Shown piece after piece: positions 28,631 through 37,778 of a DNA stretch of 64,000 nucleotides. The notes beneath the pieces were generated by a model, which was not told where the DNA came from, searched no databases, and saw only the letters and a program-made list of their open reading frames with translations. A program made the translations under genes and the position numbers. The first letter of the stretch is position 1. Each line of letters opens with the position of its first letter. The stretch comes from Bacillota bacterium (lineage in GTDB: Bacteria > Bacillota > Sulfobacillia > Fermentithermobacillales > Fermentithermobacillaceae), in contig JBLNCN010000005.1 in assembly GCA_050260675.1 (NCBI GenBank), forward strand, positions 109,347 to 173,346, read 5' to 3'.

Positions 28631-29554
28631 TCAGTCGGTTAAATAGTCTATGATCCCGCTCACGATCCCTCTGGCCGCGTTATCGATGAACGAATCGGTC
28701 CGCAGCGAGTTCACGTCGCCGTAGTTGGTCATGAAGCCGACCTCGACCAGGGCGGCGGGCATATAGGTGTGGTTTAGGACGTAGTAGGGGCCGACCTGCA
28801 CGTCGATCATCCGGAGACCCGTGTACTTGCCGACCTCGTTTGCGAGGCTTCTTGCCAGGCGGGACGACTCCACGGAACCCTTCCTGTAGAAACCCATGAC
28901 GCCCGATACCGTCTTGTCTTCAGGATACGCGTTAATGTGGATGCTCACGAACAGGTCCGACTCGTTGGTGTTGGCCAGGGAAGCTCTCGCCACCAGTTCG
29001 TCGACGGTCCATCCCCAATCGCTGCCCGGTGGGTAGTCCCCGTACCGGGTCATAACGACCTCGGCGCCCTGCTCCTCCAGGTACTTGCGGACCTTAAGGC
29101 CGATGGCCAGGGTGAAGTCCTTCTCCTTGTCTCCCCAGATCGAGAGCGCGCCGGGCTCGTTGCCGCCGTGGCCCGGGTCTATCGTGATGGTCTTGCCCGC
29201 GAGGGCCCCCGTGCGCCGGATGGCGCGACCGCGGGACGGATCCGACGATGCTCGCTCCAGTGCTGCCCACGTTAAGGGACCGCAAATGCCGTCGGGCCTG
29301 AGCCCCATGGCCTCCTGGAAATTGCGCACTGCGGAGTCGGTCCTGGGGCCGAAGTCGCCGTCCACAGGACCCGGACTGTATCCCAGGTCGGACAGGCTCT
29401 TTTGGAGCAGCGCAACCGCGTCTCCACTGGACCCCTTTCGGAGGATCGGAGCAGCCCATGCTCGAATAGGTGAAGTACAAAGGACGGCGAACATTAGTAT
29501 GGCACATAGAGGGAGTACCGCCGCCCGCACCCATCTCTGGTTAGGTTGCGACAA
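28631..29554 (-). CDS. N-acetylmuramoyl-L-alanine amidase (PG-binding-1 plus Amidase_3)
   Basis: Signal peptide; LRKGSSGDAVALLQKSL...DGDFGPRT...DGICGPLTW; IDPGHGG, EK, SIHIN, VEVGF. Confidence 0.92.
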   Translation of the reverse strand: MSQPNQRWVRAAVLPLCAILMFAVLCTSPIRAWAAPILRKGSSGDAVALLQKSLSDLGYSPGPVDGDFGPRTDSAVRNFQEAMGLRPDGICGPLTWAALERASSDPSRGRAIRRTGALAGKTITIDPGHGGNEPGALSIWGDKEKDFTLAIGLKVRKYLEEQGAEVVMTRYGDYPPGSDWGWTVDELVARASLANTNESDLFVSIHINAYPEDKTVSGVMGFYRKGSVESSRLARSLANEVGKYTGLRMIDVQVGPYYVLNHTYMPAALVEVGFMTNYGDVNSLRTDSFIDNAARGIVSGIIDYLTD

Positions 29555-29723
29555 CTTGTTTTCACCTTCTTTGCTAGGATAAGGGTGGGTGTTTACATAT
29601 TACTATGGGCGAAGGTTTCCCTCACCCGGCAAGGATCGGGCTCTGGCAGGGGATGAAAGAAGGAACCGCCCCTGATCACCGGACGCCTTCTCCTGCTGCA
29701 GATTTCGAGCGGTATGCCAGACG

Positions 29724-29739
29724 TTCCCTAATTAGGGAA
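29724..29739. promoter_or_regulatory. Perfect 16-bp palindrome upstream of the helicase gene (candidate operator)
   Basis: TTCCCTAATTAGGGAA ends 8 bp before the GTG at 29748. Confidence 0.4.
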
Positions 29740-29747
29740 GGGGGAGA

Positions 29748-32036
29748 GTGGCCCCAAGGGCCGGACGCCAGATGAGGAAAACCCCTGAACAGATACTGAT
29801 GGAGATGAGGGACGATCCGCGCTTCTTGTCCTGCATCACCGCGTGGCACACGATAGAGGCCCGCGAGGGAGAATACTCGCCGCTGCCCCCGGATATCCAC
29901 GTTTCTTTGGCGGCCGCTTTGGCGTCAAAGGGGATAGAGCGTCTCTATAGCCACCAGAGGACGGCGTATGACCTTCTGTCGTCCGGCAAGAACGTGTGCG
30001 TGGTTACGCCGACCGCGTCCGGGAAGACCCTGTGCTACAACCTTCCGGTGCTTGATTCGGCGCTGAAGGACCCCGATGCGCGGTCGCTGTACATCTTCCC
30101 CACCAAGGCGTTGGCCCAGGATCAGCTGGCTGAGATCTTGGACCTGTCCAAGCGGGGCAAGTTCAAGGTCGAGAGCTTCACGTTCGACGGCGACACGCCG
30201 GCCCCAAAGCGACGGCTCGCCAAGGAAGTAGGACAGGTCATCATCACTAACCCCGACATGCTGCACCAGGCGGTCCTCCCCCACCACCCGACTTGGGTCA
30301 AGCTTTTCTCGGGCCTCAAATACGTGGTTGTGGACGAGATGCACGGGTACCGGGGCGTTTTCGGAAGCCACGTGGCCAACGTGCTGCGCCGCCTGAAGAG
30401 GATAGCGGCATTCTACGGCGCTAACCCCCAGTTCATCTTCACGTCGGCGACGATAGCCAACCCGGGCGAACTGGCGGAGATGATGGCCGGCCAGGAGGTA
30501 ACTTTGGTAGACAAAAGCGGCGCCCCGTCTTCGGCCAAGCACTTCGTCTTCTACAACCCTCCGGCCCTTAACGCCGACAGCTCCGTGCGGCAGTCGGCAA
30601 TCGACGCCGCATCGAAGATCGCTTCGCGTTTCATCTCCGGGGGAGTCCAGACCATCGTCTTCGCGCGCTCTCGGATCTCGGTTGAGCTCCTGGTTCAGTA
30701 CCTGCGGAACGCCTACAACGAACGGCTGCAGAAGGACCGCATCCAGGGCTACCGGGGAGGATACCTGCCCAACGAGCGCAGGGCTATCGAGAAGGGGCTG
30801 CGCGAGGGAGAGATCCTGGGAGTAGCCGCAACGAACGCCTTGGAGCTCGGCATCGACATCGGCAACCTGGACTGCGCTATTCTGGCAGGTTACCCCGGCA
30901 CAATCGCCAGCACCTGGCAACAGGCGGGGCGCGCCGGAAGGCGTTCTGGCAGCAGCGTGGCTATCCTGATCGCGGGGCTATCGCCTCTCGACCAGTTCAT
31001 GGCCAGGAACCCCGGCTATTTCTTCAGCCAGTCGCCGGAATACGCCCTTGTGAACCCCGACAACCCCTACATCCTGGGCGAGCATGTGAAGTGTGCGGCT
31101 TACGAGCTTCCGTTCAAGGACGGAGACACGGATCTCTGCGGGCGGGACGTCCTTGCGTACCTGGAGCACCTCAAGGACCAGAACATCCTGCATAAGTCAG
31201 GGAGCCGGTGGAACTGGACCTCGGACTCCTTTCCCTCCGCGGGGGTGAACCTGCGTTCGGCCTCCGCCGACAACTTCGTTGTTGTGGACGTTACGGAAGG
31301 GGCCAAGGTCATCGGCGAGGTGGACTGGTTCGCGGCGCCCATGCTGATCCACGACGAAGCCATCTACATGCATGGCGGGCAGCAGTACCACGTGAACAAA
31401 CTGGACTACCCGGCCAAGAAGGCCTACGTGAAGAAGGTGAACGTCGACTACTATACCGACGCTGACCTTGCAGTGGGAGTGAGGGTCATCTCGATCGACA
31501 AGCAGGACGAGACCGCGTGCCTGTCCCCCAAATTCGGCGAGCTGTCAGTCACGGCCCTTGCCACCATCTTCAAGAAGATAAAGCTCTACACAAACGAGAA
31601 CGTCGGTTGGGGCCGTATCAGCATTCCCGAGATGAACCTCCATACGCAGGGCGCGTGGTTTTCTCTTCCCGACCATATAACCTCCAGCATGAACCCCAGG
31701 TTGGTGGGAGGAGTCCTCTCGGGCCTCGCAAACATCCTGCTCAACATAGCCCCTTTGTTCCTCATGAGCGATAAAGGAGACCTTGGAGTGTCGGTCGAGG
31801 TGCGGTCGTCGTTTGACGGAAAGCCCACGGTATACCTCTATGATTCCTACCCGGGCGGAGTCGGGTTGTCGGAGAAGGCTTTCGGGATGCTGCCTGAAAT
31901 GCTGGCGGCCGCAAAGGAACTTATCTCCGGTTGCACTTGCTTCGACGGATGCCCGGCCTGCGTCGGCCCCGTCGCCGAGACCGGTGAGGGCGTAAAGAAG
32001 CTCTGCCTGGATATCCTGTCCTCTGCGGTGAGGTGA
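29748..32036 (+). CDS. mrfA: DEAD/DEAH-box helicase with DUF1998 (MrfA/YprA/Hrq1-like)
   Basis: PTASGKT, FPTKALAQDQ, TNPDML, DEMH, SATIANP, ATNALELGIDIG, QQAGRAGRR, LYDSYPGGVG, CTCFDGCPAC. Confidence 0.9.
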   Translation: MAPRAGRQMRKTPEQILMEMRDDPRFLSCITAWHTIEAREGEYSPLPPDIHVSLAAALASKGIERLYSHQRTAYDLLSSGKNVCVVTPTASGKTLCYNLPVLDSALKDPDARSLYIFPTKALAQDQLAEILDLSKRGKFKVESFTFDGDTPAPKRRLAKEVGQVIITNPDMLHQAVLPHHPTWVKLFSGLKYVVVDEMHGYRGVFGSHVANVLRRLKRIAAFYGANPQFIFTSATIANPGELAEMMAGQEVTLVDKSGAPSSAKHFVFYNPPALNADSSVRQSAIDAASKIASRFISGGVQTIVFARSRISVELLVQYLRNAYNERLQKDRIQGYRGGYLPNERRAIEKGLREGEILGVAATNALELGIDIGNLDCAILAGYPGTIASTWQQAGRAGRRSGSSVAILIAGLSPLDQFMARNPGYFFSQSPEYALVNPDNPYILGEHVKCAAYELPFKDGDTDLCGRDVLAYLEHLKDQNILHKSGSRWNWTSDSFPSAGVNLRSASADNFVVVDVTEGAKVIGEVDWFAAPMLIHDEAIYMHGGQQYHVNKLDYPAKKAYVKKVNVDYYTDADLAVGVRVISIDKQDETACLSPKFGELSVTALATIFKKIKLYTNENVGWGRISIPEMNLHTQGAWFSLPDHITSSMNPRLVGGVLSGLANILLNIAPLFLMSDKGDLGVSVEVRSSFDGKPTVYLYDSYPGGVGLSEKAFGMLPEMLAAAKELISGCTCFDGCPACVGPVAETGEGVKKLCLDILSSAVR

Positions 32037-32045
32037 CGGGCCAAG

Positions 32046-33275
32046 GTGTCCCAGAGGGACATGATCGATAAGCTCCGCAGCATGATAAGGGATATGGAGC
32101 AGGCCCGACCGGCGGACGCTTCTTCGTTGGGGCCCCTGAAGCTCCCCCCTGTTCCAAGGCTCGGGCCTCCCGGCAGCGTGCGCGATGTCGCGCCTTCTTC
32201 CTGCTCCGTTACTGACGGGGAGCATTTCCGCCTGATAGAGGCCTCATTCTCCTGCGGCATGCCCGAGGAACTGAAGATGCCTTCGGGAGGGGCGCTGCCT
32301 GCCTTTCGGTCTCTGGAGCCGCGCCTGCCTGGCCTCGACGGATGGTTGTACTTGGATATCGAGACCACAGGATTAATGGGAGCCGCGACCGTGGCTTTCC
32401 TCGTGGGATTCGGCGAGTGGGTCGGCCGCGAGTTTGTGGTAACCCAGCTCTTCCTGAGGGACCGCTCCGAGGAGGAGTTCCTTATGGAGGAAGTGGGAAG
32501 AAGGATAGCCGGCAGGAATACCCTGGTCACTTTCAACGGAAAGGCGTTCGACGTTCCCCTGCTGTGGGGCCGGTTTGCCGTCTGCGGTATGCGTCCCCCC
32601 GCGCCTCCGCCTGCCCATTTGGACCTCCTGTCTCTGGTCAGGAATCTGGGTAGGCGTCCCCAGTACGGGCAGAGTCTGAAAGAAGCCGTCAGGCGCTTCA
32701 CCGGCGCGGTGAGGGACGGCGACATCCCGGGCCACCTTATCCCCGCCCTCTACTTCATCTACGAGCGTGACGGAGACCCGTCGATCTTGGACCCGGTAGT
32801 GAAACACAACAGGCTCGACATCCTGGATATGGCCTGCCTGGTCTCAGTGCTGTGCCACGTGGTGGCCGGAGAGGATGCCGTATCCGATTGCCACGCGCTG
32901 GGAGGGGCCGGCAAACTCCACCTTCGGAAGGGTAACCTCGACTTGGCCAAGAGGTGCCTCACGGCGGCCCTCGCCAAAGCCCCCCACTTTGAAGGCTCCG
33001 AAACAGTAGAGCAGAACAGGCTGCTGGGGCACGTGCTGCGCAAGCAGGGTGACTTTGTGGGCGCCGCCGAGGCCTTCGCAAAAGTGGTCGCGTCCGGCGA
33101 GGCGAAGGATGAGGATTACCTTTGGCTGGCAAGGTGCTACGAACTCGGGGCCTGCGACATTGGGAAGAGCCGCGAAGTGGTGGCCTCCGCCATCGCCCGT
33201 CATGAAGCGCGGGGAACGGAGCCTCCCCCCTCTCTCCTTAGGCGGATGCGCAGGCTCGACTCCAAGACCTCCTGA
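32046..33275 (+). CDS. mrfB: RNase H-like (DEDD) exonuclease with TPR tail (MrfB/YprB-like)
   Basis: YLDIETTGL, TFNGKAFDVP, HLDLL, HNRLDI, followed by helical repeats; directly after the YprA-like helicase. Confidence 0.85.
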   Translation: MSQRDMIDKLRSMIRDMEQARPADASSLGPLKLPPVPRLGPPGSVRDVAPSSCSVTDGEHFRLIEASFSCGMPEELKMPSGGALPAFRSLEPRLPGLDGWLYLDIETTGLMGAATVAFLVGFGEWVGREFVVTQLFLRDRSEEEFLMEEVGRRIAGRNTLVTFNGKAFDVPLLWGRFAVCGMRPPAPPPAHLDLLSLVRNLGRRPQYGQSLKEAVRRFTGAVRDGDIPGHLIPALYFIYERDGDPSILDPVVKHNRLDILDMACLVSVLCHVVAGEDAVSDCHALGGAGKLHLRKGNLDLAKRCLTAALAKAPHFEGSETVEQNRLLGHVLRKQGDFVGAAEAFAKVVASGEAKDEDYLWLARCYELGACDIGKSREVVASAIARHEARGTEPPPSLLRRMRRLDSKTS

Positions 33276-33278
33276 GCT

Positions 33279-33304
33279 ATACCTCCTCATCGCTCCTCAT
33301 AGAT
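33279..33304 (+). promoter_or_regulatory. Possible sigma-E-type sporulation promoter
   Basis: ATA-N16-CATAGAT upstream of the PdaB-like gene; short motif, weak evidence. Confidence 0.3.
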
Positions 33305-33329
33305 ATTAGCGCGGAAGGAGGGAGACCCT

Positions 33330-34064
33330 TTGCTCATATTCATGAGACCGGGCACAAGGCTGCGTGTTATCGGCGTGATAGCCTTGGTCCTCATCCTCTT
33401 GGGAGTCCGGGTCGGGATCACTCTGTACGGGGGTGAAGAGGAGGCCATGGCCAAGATTACGCCGCAGAGCCGGGTTAAGACCTCTCTGGCAAGCGTCGGG
33501 CTCATGGTTGACGTGTCAGGGGCGCCCGCCGAAGAGATCTCGGCCGCGCTGGCAGCGCTTTCGGCGATCCAGGCGAAGGCCACGTGGTTTGTGGACGCCA
33601 CCACCATCGAGTCGTGCCAGGAAGTCGTGAAAGAGGTCGCGGCGGCTGGTCACGAGCTGGGCATAAAGGGGACGGACCAGAAGGCCATCGACAAGCTTTC
33701 CGAGGCCGAAGTGAGGGATCGCCTTCTCCGGGCCCGGCAGGCCCTAAGCCAGTTGAGCTTGAACCCATCGCCGTTCCTGTACCCGCCTTCGGGGCGCTAT
33801 AGCGACACCGTGATTGCAGTGGCGTTCTCGGAGGGCATTGAGGCGGTGAAGCCGGCCCACGACGCATCCCGTATGAAGGGCAAAGAGGCGGAAGCGGCCG
33901 CCAAACTGGCCGGTTCGTTGGAGGCCGGCGACTTCGTGCTGGTCCGCGTCGAGAAGAAGGGGCTGAAACCTGGCGCAGCCTACCTGGCGGCGCTCCAGGA
34001 GAGCCTGGCAGAGAAGGGGCTGTCTATCGCGCCGCTATCAGCGCTGGTAAAAGGGGTGAAGTAG
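33330..34064 (+). CDS. Polysaccharide deacetylase-family (NodB fold) protein lacking catalytic residues
   Basis: N-terminal TM; ATWFV, GHELG, FLYPPSG pattern retained, but TFDD and HxxxH motifs replaced (MVDV, IKGTD). Confidence 0.72.
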   Translation: MLIFMRPGTRLRVIGVIALVLILLGVRVGITLYGGEEEAMAKITPQSRVKTSLASVGLMVDVSGAPAEEISAALAALSAIQAKATWFVDATTIESCQEVVKEVAAAGHELGIKGTDQKAIDKLSEAEVRDRLLRARQALSQLSLNPSPFLYPPSGRYSDTVIAVAFSEGIEAVKPAHDASRMKGKEAEAAAKLAGSLEAGDFVLVRVEKKGLKPGAAYLAALQESLAEKGLSIAPLSALVKGVK

Positions 34065-34113
34065 GCACGCGGCTCGCGACGACTTCACGTTCGCGCTGCG
34101 CAGTACTTAGGAA

Positions 34114-35298
34114 TCACATGACCCCCAGCCGGATGAGCCGGCGCGCTGCAGAACCCAGTGCGCGGACCAGGTCGCCGGCGGGGGTCCTTCTATTGACCCA
34201 CTTTGCGGCCACAAGGTCGGCGGACCCCACAGGCTCATCACCCAGTTCCAGAATGGCCCTACCTAGCGTCGCTCCAGCCGGGCAGGGCGCTCTCACGTAA
34301 TCGGGGACCTCGAGGTTGATGGACAGCCCCGCACCCTCTTTGGGCACACATCCCCAAAGGTCCGTCGCGCAGCGCAAAGGCACCTGGCCGGACACCGCGC
34401 CCAGTGCCGGGATCGTGGTGACGATTTCTCCCGCATTAAGCGCCTTCTCCACCCGGTAGTTGGAGAACCCGTAGTCAAGGAGCCGGGCCGCGTCGGACCA
34501 GCGGTCGGCGGAGTTGAGCACGACGGCAAGGAGGCGCATGCCGTCCCTCGTGGCTGAAGCCACTAAGCACTGACCGGCCGATTCCGTGGTCCCGGTCTTG
34601 ACGCCGTCGGCCCCAAGATAGACCCAGAGCAGACGGTTTGTGTTGGCGAGCTGCAGCTTGGTCTCTTCCGACGCGTCCAGCACGTCCTTTTCCTTGGTGG
34701 CTACAAGGTGCCTGAAGTATGGGTGGCGCAGGCACGTTCTTGCGATAAGGGCCAGGTCAAAGGCCGTAGTGTAGTGGTTCGGATCGGTGAGCCCGTGAGG
34801 ATTGCGGTACCGCGTGTTGATGGCCCCTATCTCACTTGCCCTCCGGTTCATCATGTCGAAGAAGGTCTCGGCGTCGCCGCCGATATGCTCGGCGATAGCC
34901 CAGGCGGCATCGTTGCCTGAATTCAGCATGAGGCCGTACAGGAGGTCTTGCAGAGTGAAAACGTCGCCCGCGGAGAGGTGCATAGATGAGCCGGGCTGGT
35001 CAGCAGCCTCGGGCGACACTTCCACGTTAGCTTCGAGCCGGCCGTTCTCCAGGGCGAGTAGCGCGGTCATCATTTTCGTGATGCTCGCCGGGTACATCCT
35101 CCGGAAAGCGTTGTGCTGGGCAAGGATGGTCCCGCTCTGCCACTCCATGAGTATCGCCGCTTCGCACGATAGGTACGGCGGCGGGGTTTCCGCGAGAGGC
35201 GATGCATGTACTTCAAGCGGCAGTACCCACAAAGCCAATATGAAGCTAAGGGCAACGCTCAGGCAACGCCTGAATTCCCGGGGTCTTCCGTGCGCCAA
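34114..35298 (-). CDS. D-alanyl-D-alanine carboxypeptidase (peptidase S11, DacB/DacF-like)
   Basis: Signal peptide, PASITK (SxxK), SGNDAA, NPHGL, KTGTT. Confidence 0.92.
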   Translation of the reverse strand: MAHGRPREFRRCLSVALSFILALWVLPLEVHASPLAETPPPYLSCEAAILMEWQSGTILAQHNAFRRMYPASITKMMTALLALENGRLEANVEVSPEAADQPGSSMHLSAGDVFTLQDLLYGLMLNSGNDAAWAIAEHIGGDAETFFDMMNRRASEIGAINTRYRNPHGLTDPNHYTTAFDLALIARTCLRHPYFRHLVATKEKDVLDASEETKLQLANTNRLLWVYLGADGVKTGTTESAGQCLVASATRDGMRLLAVVLNSADRWSDAARLLDYGFSNYRVEKALNAGEIVTTIPALGAVSGQVPLRCATDLWGCVPKEGAGLSINLEVPDYVRAPCPAGATLGRAILELGDEPVGSADLVAAKWVNRRTPAGDLVRALGSAARRLIRLGVM

Positions 35299-35321
35299 TG
35301 ATCAGCACTCCTGAAAGATAT

Positions 35322-36317
35322 CTATGGCGCTGCGGTTATGGTGATGTCCTTCACGGGGCCAAACTCACCGGCCGGCCCCTGGTCTTCCCCGTTGATCATC
35401 AGCGTGAGCACCCAGGGCTTTCCTGCCCTTATTATGATCTCGGAGTCCGCGGTGATCTTCTCTTCCTGCCCGGGAGCCATTGTCTTCTCGAACAACAGCT
35501 CGCCGTCTGCCTGCACCCGGACCCAGCAGAAAGAGTCCTCGCTCTCGCCGGTCTTCATAGTCAGTTCCAAAGGAGTCTCGCCCACCGTGAAGGTCACGGC
35601 CTCCGGGTTCACCTCAGTCCTCACGACCGTGGGAGCGGGAGGTTCCGGCGGTTCAGTCACCGTAGGCTCTGCCGGCTCCGGGTCCGTTTCGGGATCCGGG
35701 GTCACGGCTACCGGAGGCTCAGGCGGCCGCGAATTCTGCAACGTGTATACAACGTAAGCACCGGCGGCCAGAGCGAAAACCAGAAGGAACACCCAGATCG
35801 CCGAGCTGCCGCTCTTCCTGGGCTGCCTGGGCGCTCTGCGCTGCGGAGTCTTCTTTTCTTTGGGGCCGGCGGGCCGCGATACCTGCGCCGTCAGAAGCTG
35901 CGGAGCCGGCGGTGCGCTCGACACAAGACTTGGCGGCGGCACCGCGTCCGGCGCTACCTTGGGTTCCGGGGCAGCTCCCACCGGTCTGTCGGCGGGTTTT
36001 GCCGGGGCAGAAGGCTGAGGTTTGGGCTTTCCCTTGGGCTGCGGAGCGTCCCGTTCCTCCAGCGCCTTTTGGTAGGCCATCGAGTACGCGGAACCATCCA
36101 AGCCGAGGAAGGTGGCGTAGGTCTTCAGGAACGCCCTGAAGTAGGTCGTGCCCGGGGCCTCAGCATCGTTTCCCTCCTCAACTGCCAAGAGGTACTTGGC
36201 GCGGAGTCTTGTCTTGTTGCTGGCATCCTCCACAGAGAGTCCCAGCGATTCGCGCCTCGCGCGTATCTCGGAACCCATCTCCCGGAGTTTCTCTTTGTAC
36301 TCCAGATCACCGGCCAC
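35322..36317 (-). CDS. rodZ: RodZ/YmfM-family protein (HTH, Pro-rich linker, TM, DUF4115-like)
   Basis: EIRARRESLGLS...KTRLRAKYLLAVEEG...FLKTYATFLGLD; TM; CWVRVQADG...IRAG...NG. Confidence 0.85.
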   Translation of the reverse strand: MAGDLEYKEKLREMGSEIRARRESLGLSVEDASNKTRLRAKYLLAVEEGNDAEAPGTTYFRAFLKTYATFLGLDGSAYSMAYQKALEERDAPQPKGKPKPQPSAPAKPADRPVGAAPEPKVAPDAVPPPSLVSSAPPAPQLLTAQVSRPAGPKEKKTPQRRAPRQPRKSGSSAIWVFLLVFALAAGAYVVYTLQNSRPPEPPVAVTPDPETDPEPAEPTVTEPPEPPAPTVVRTEVNPEAVTFTVGETPLELTMKTGESEDSFCWVRVQADGELLFEKTMAPGQEEKITADSEIIIRAGKPWVLTLMINGEDQGPAGEFGPVKDITITAAP

Positions 36318-36382
36318 GAGCCTTCCTCCTCTCCGGTGAAGCCGCGCCGCCTCCTTTGACCGCGTGGGTCATAGGAGAAGCC

Positions 36383-37699
36383 CTACGGCCTGAGCCTCGT
36401 TATCATCCTCGGGAAAGGCGAAGCTTCCCGAAGGTGCTCCAGTTTGCATATCCAGGACACCATGCGCTCGACCCCGAGTCCGAATCCGCTGTGAGGGACG
36501 GACCCGAACCTACGGGTGTCCAAGTACCAGCCAAACTCCTCCATCGGGAGTTTGTGTTCCTCTATGCGGCGTTTGAGGAGACTGTAATCACTGATCCTCT
36601 CGCTGCCGCCAATTATCTCTCCATAGCCTTCCGGCGCCAGGAGGTCGGATGCCAGAACGACTTCGGGCCTCTTTGGATCCGGCTCCATGTAGAACGCTTT
36701 GACCTTGGTTGGATACCTCGTCACGAAAACCGGACGGTCGAACATGGACGCGATAGCGGTCTCCTGGGGGGATCCGAAGTCGTCTCCCCACTCCATCTCC
36801 ATCTCGGTGCCCTTCAGGGCCTTAACTGCGTCGTCGTAGCTGATCCTGGGGAAAGGAGCCTTCACGTTACATAATTCGTCAGGATTCCGCCCAACTAGAC
36901 GCAGTCCGGCTTCGTGGCGTTCCAAGACCCTTTTCACCACGAAGGAGACCATGTCCTCCTCCAACACCATGAGTTCTTCGAAAGACATAAAGGCGGCTTC
37001 AGGCTCCAGCATCCAGAACTCAGTTAGGTGCCGTCTTGTCTTTGACTTCTCCGCCCGGAACGTGGGTCCGAAGCAGTAGACCCTGCCCAGAGCCATGATT
37101 GTCGCTTCGTTGTAGAGCTGGCCGCTCTGCGAAAGATAGGCCATTTCGTCGAAGTACTTGGTGGCGAACAAGGTGCTGGTGCCTTCGCAGGCGTTGGGAG
37201 TAAGGATGGGCGAACTGACCTCGACGAAGCCCTGTCCGTCCAGGAACTCCCTTGCAGCCCTCATTACCTCGGCGCGGATCGTCAGTATTGCCGCTTCACG
37301 CGGAGTCCGGATCCACAAATGGCGGTTGTCCAGGAGGAACTCCGGCCCGTGCTCCTTCAGTGATATCGGGTAGTCGGGTTCGGCCTCTGAGACTATGGCG
37401 ATGTCCTTGACCTGAAGCTCGTAACCTCCGGGGGCCCGGCTGTCCTCGTGGACGGTTCCCGTCACCATAAGCGACGACTCCTGATTAAGACCGTCCACCC
37501 TCTTGAAGTGCTCGTCACCCAGTTCCGCCTTGGTAGCCACACACTGAACGATGCCTGTCCCATCCCGGACGATGACGAACATGACCTTGCCCGACGAGCG
37601 CCGGTTATACAGCCACCCCTTCACCCGCACGACTTCCCCATTGTGGGCCCTAAGGTCGGCGACTCTCACGTCCACTATCCTGGCTGCGTCTTGTGACAA
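36383..37699 (-). CDS. asnS: Asparagine--tRNA ligase
   Basis: GWLYNRRSSGK, YLSQSGQLY, FGPTFRAEKSKTRRHLTEFWM, GEIIGGSER, PHSGFGLGVER. Confidence 0.96.
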   Translation of the reverse strand: MSQDAARIVDVRVADLRAHNGEVVRVKGWLYNRRSSGKVMFVIVRDGTGIVQCVATKAELGDEHFKRVDGLNQESSLMVTGTVHEDSRAPGGYELQVKDIAIVSEAEPDYPISLKEHGPEFLLDNRHLWIRTPREAAILTIRAEVMRAAREFLDGQGFVEVSSPILTPNACEGTSTLFATKYFDEMAYLSQSGQLYNEATIMALGRVYCFGPTFRAEKSKTRRHLTEFWMLEPEAAFMSFEELMVLEEDMVSFVVKRVLERHEAGLRLVGRNPDELCNVKAPFPRISYDDAVKALKGTEMEMEWGDDFGSPQETAIASMFDRPVFVTRYPTKVKAFYMEPDPKRPEVVLASDLLAPEGYGEIIGGSERISDYSLLKRRIEEHKLPMEEFGWYLDTRRFGSVPHSGFGLGVERMVSWICKLEHLREASPFPRMITRLRP

Positions 37700-37778
37700 G
37701 GTTCATTCCTCCCGGCATAGGTCTTACGTCTTATTCTATCGATACTATTGGGCTTTTGTTTCTGGTGTCAAGCGAAGA

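Noticed and set aside
29748-33275. DUF1998 helicase as a DISARM/Druantia-type defence system
   Set aside because: It is a single fused helicase-DUF1998 followed by a DEDD exonuclease, matching the MrfAB/YprAB repair pair. No methylase, PLD nuclease or other defence gene is adjacent.
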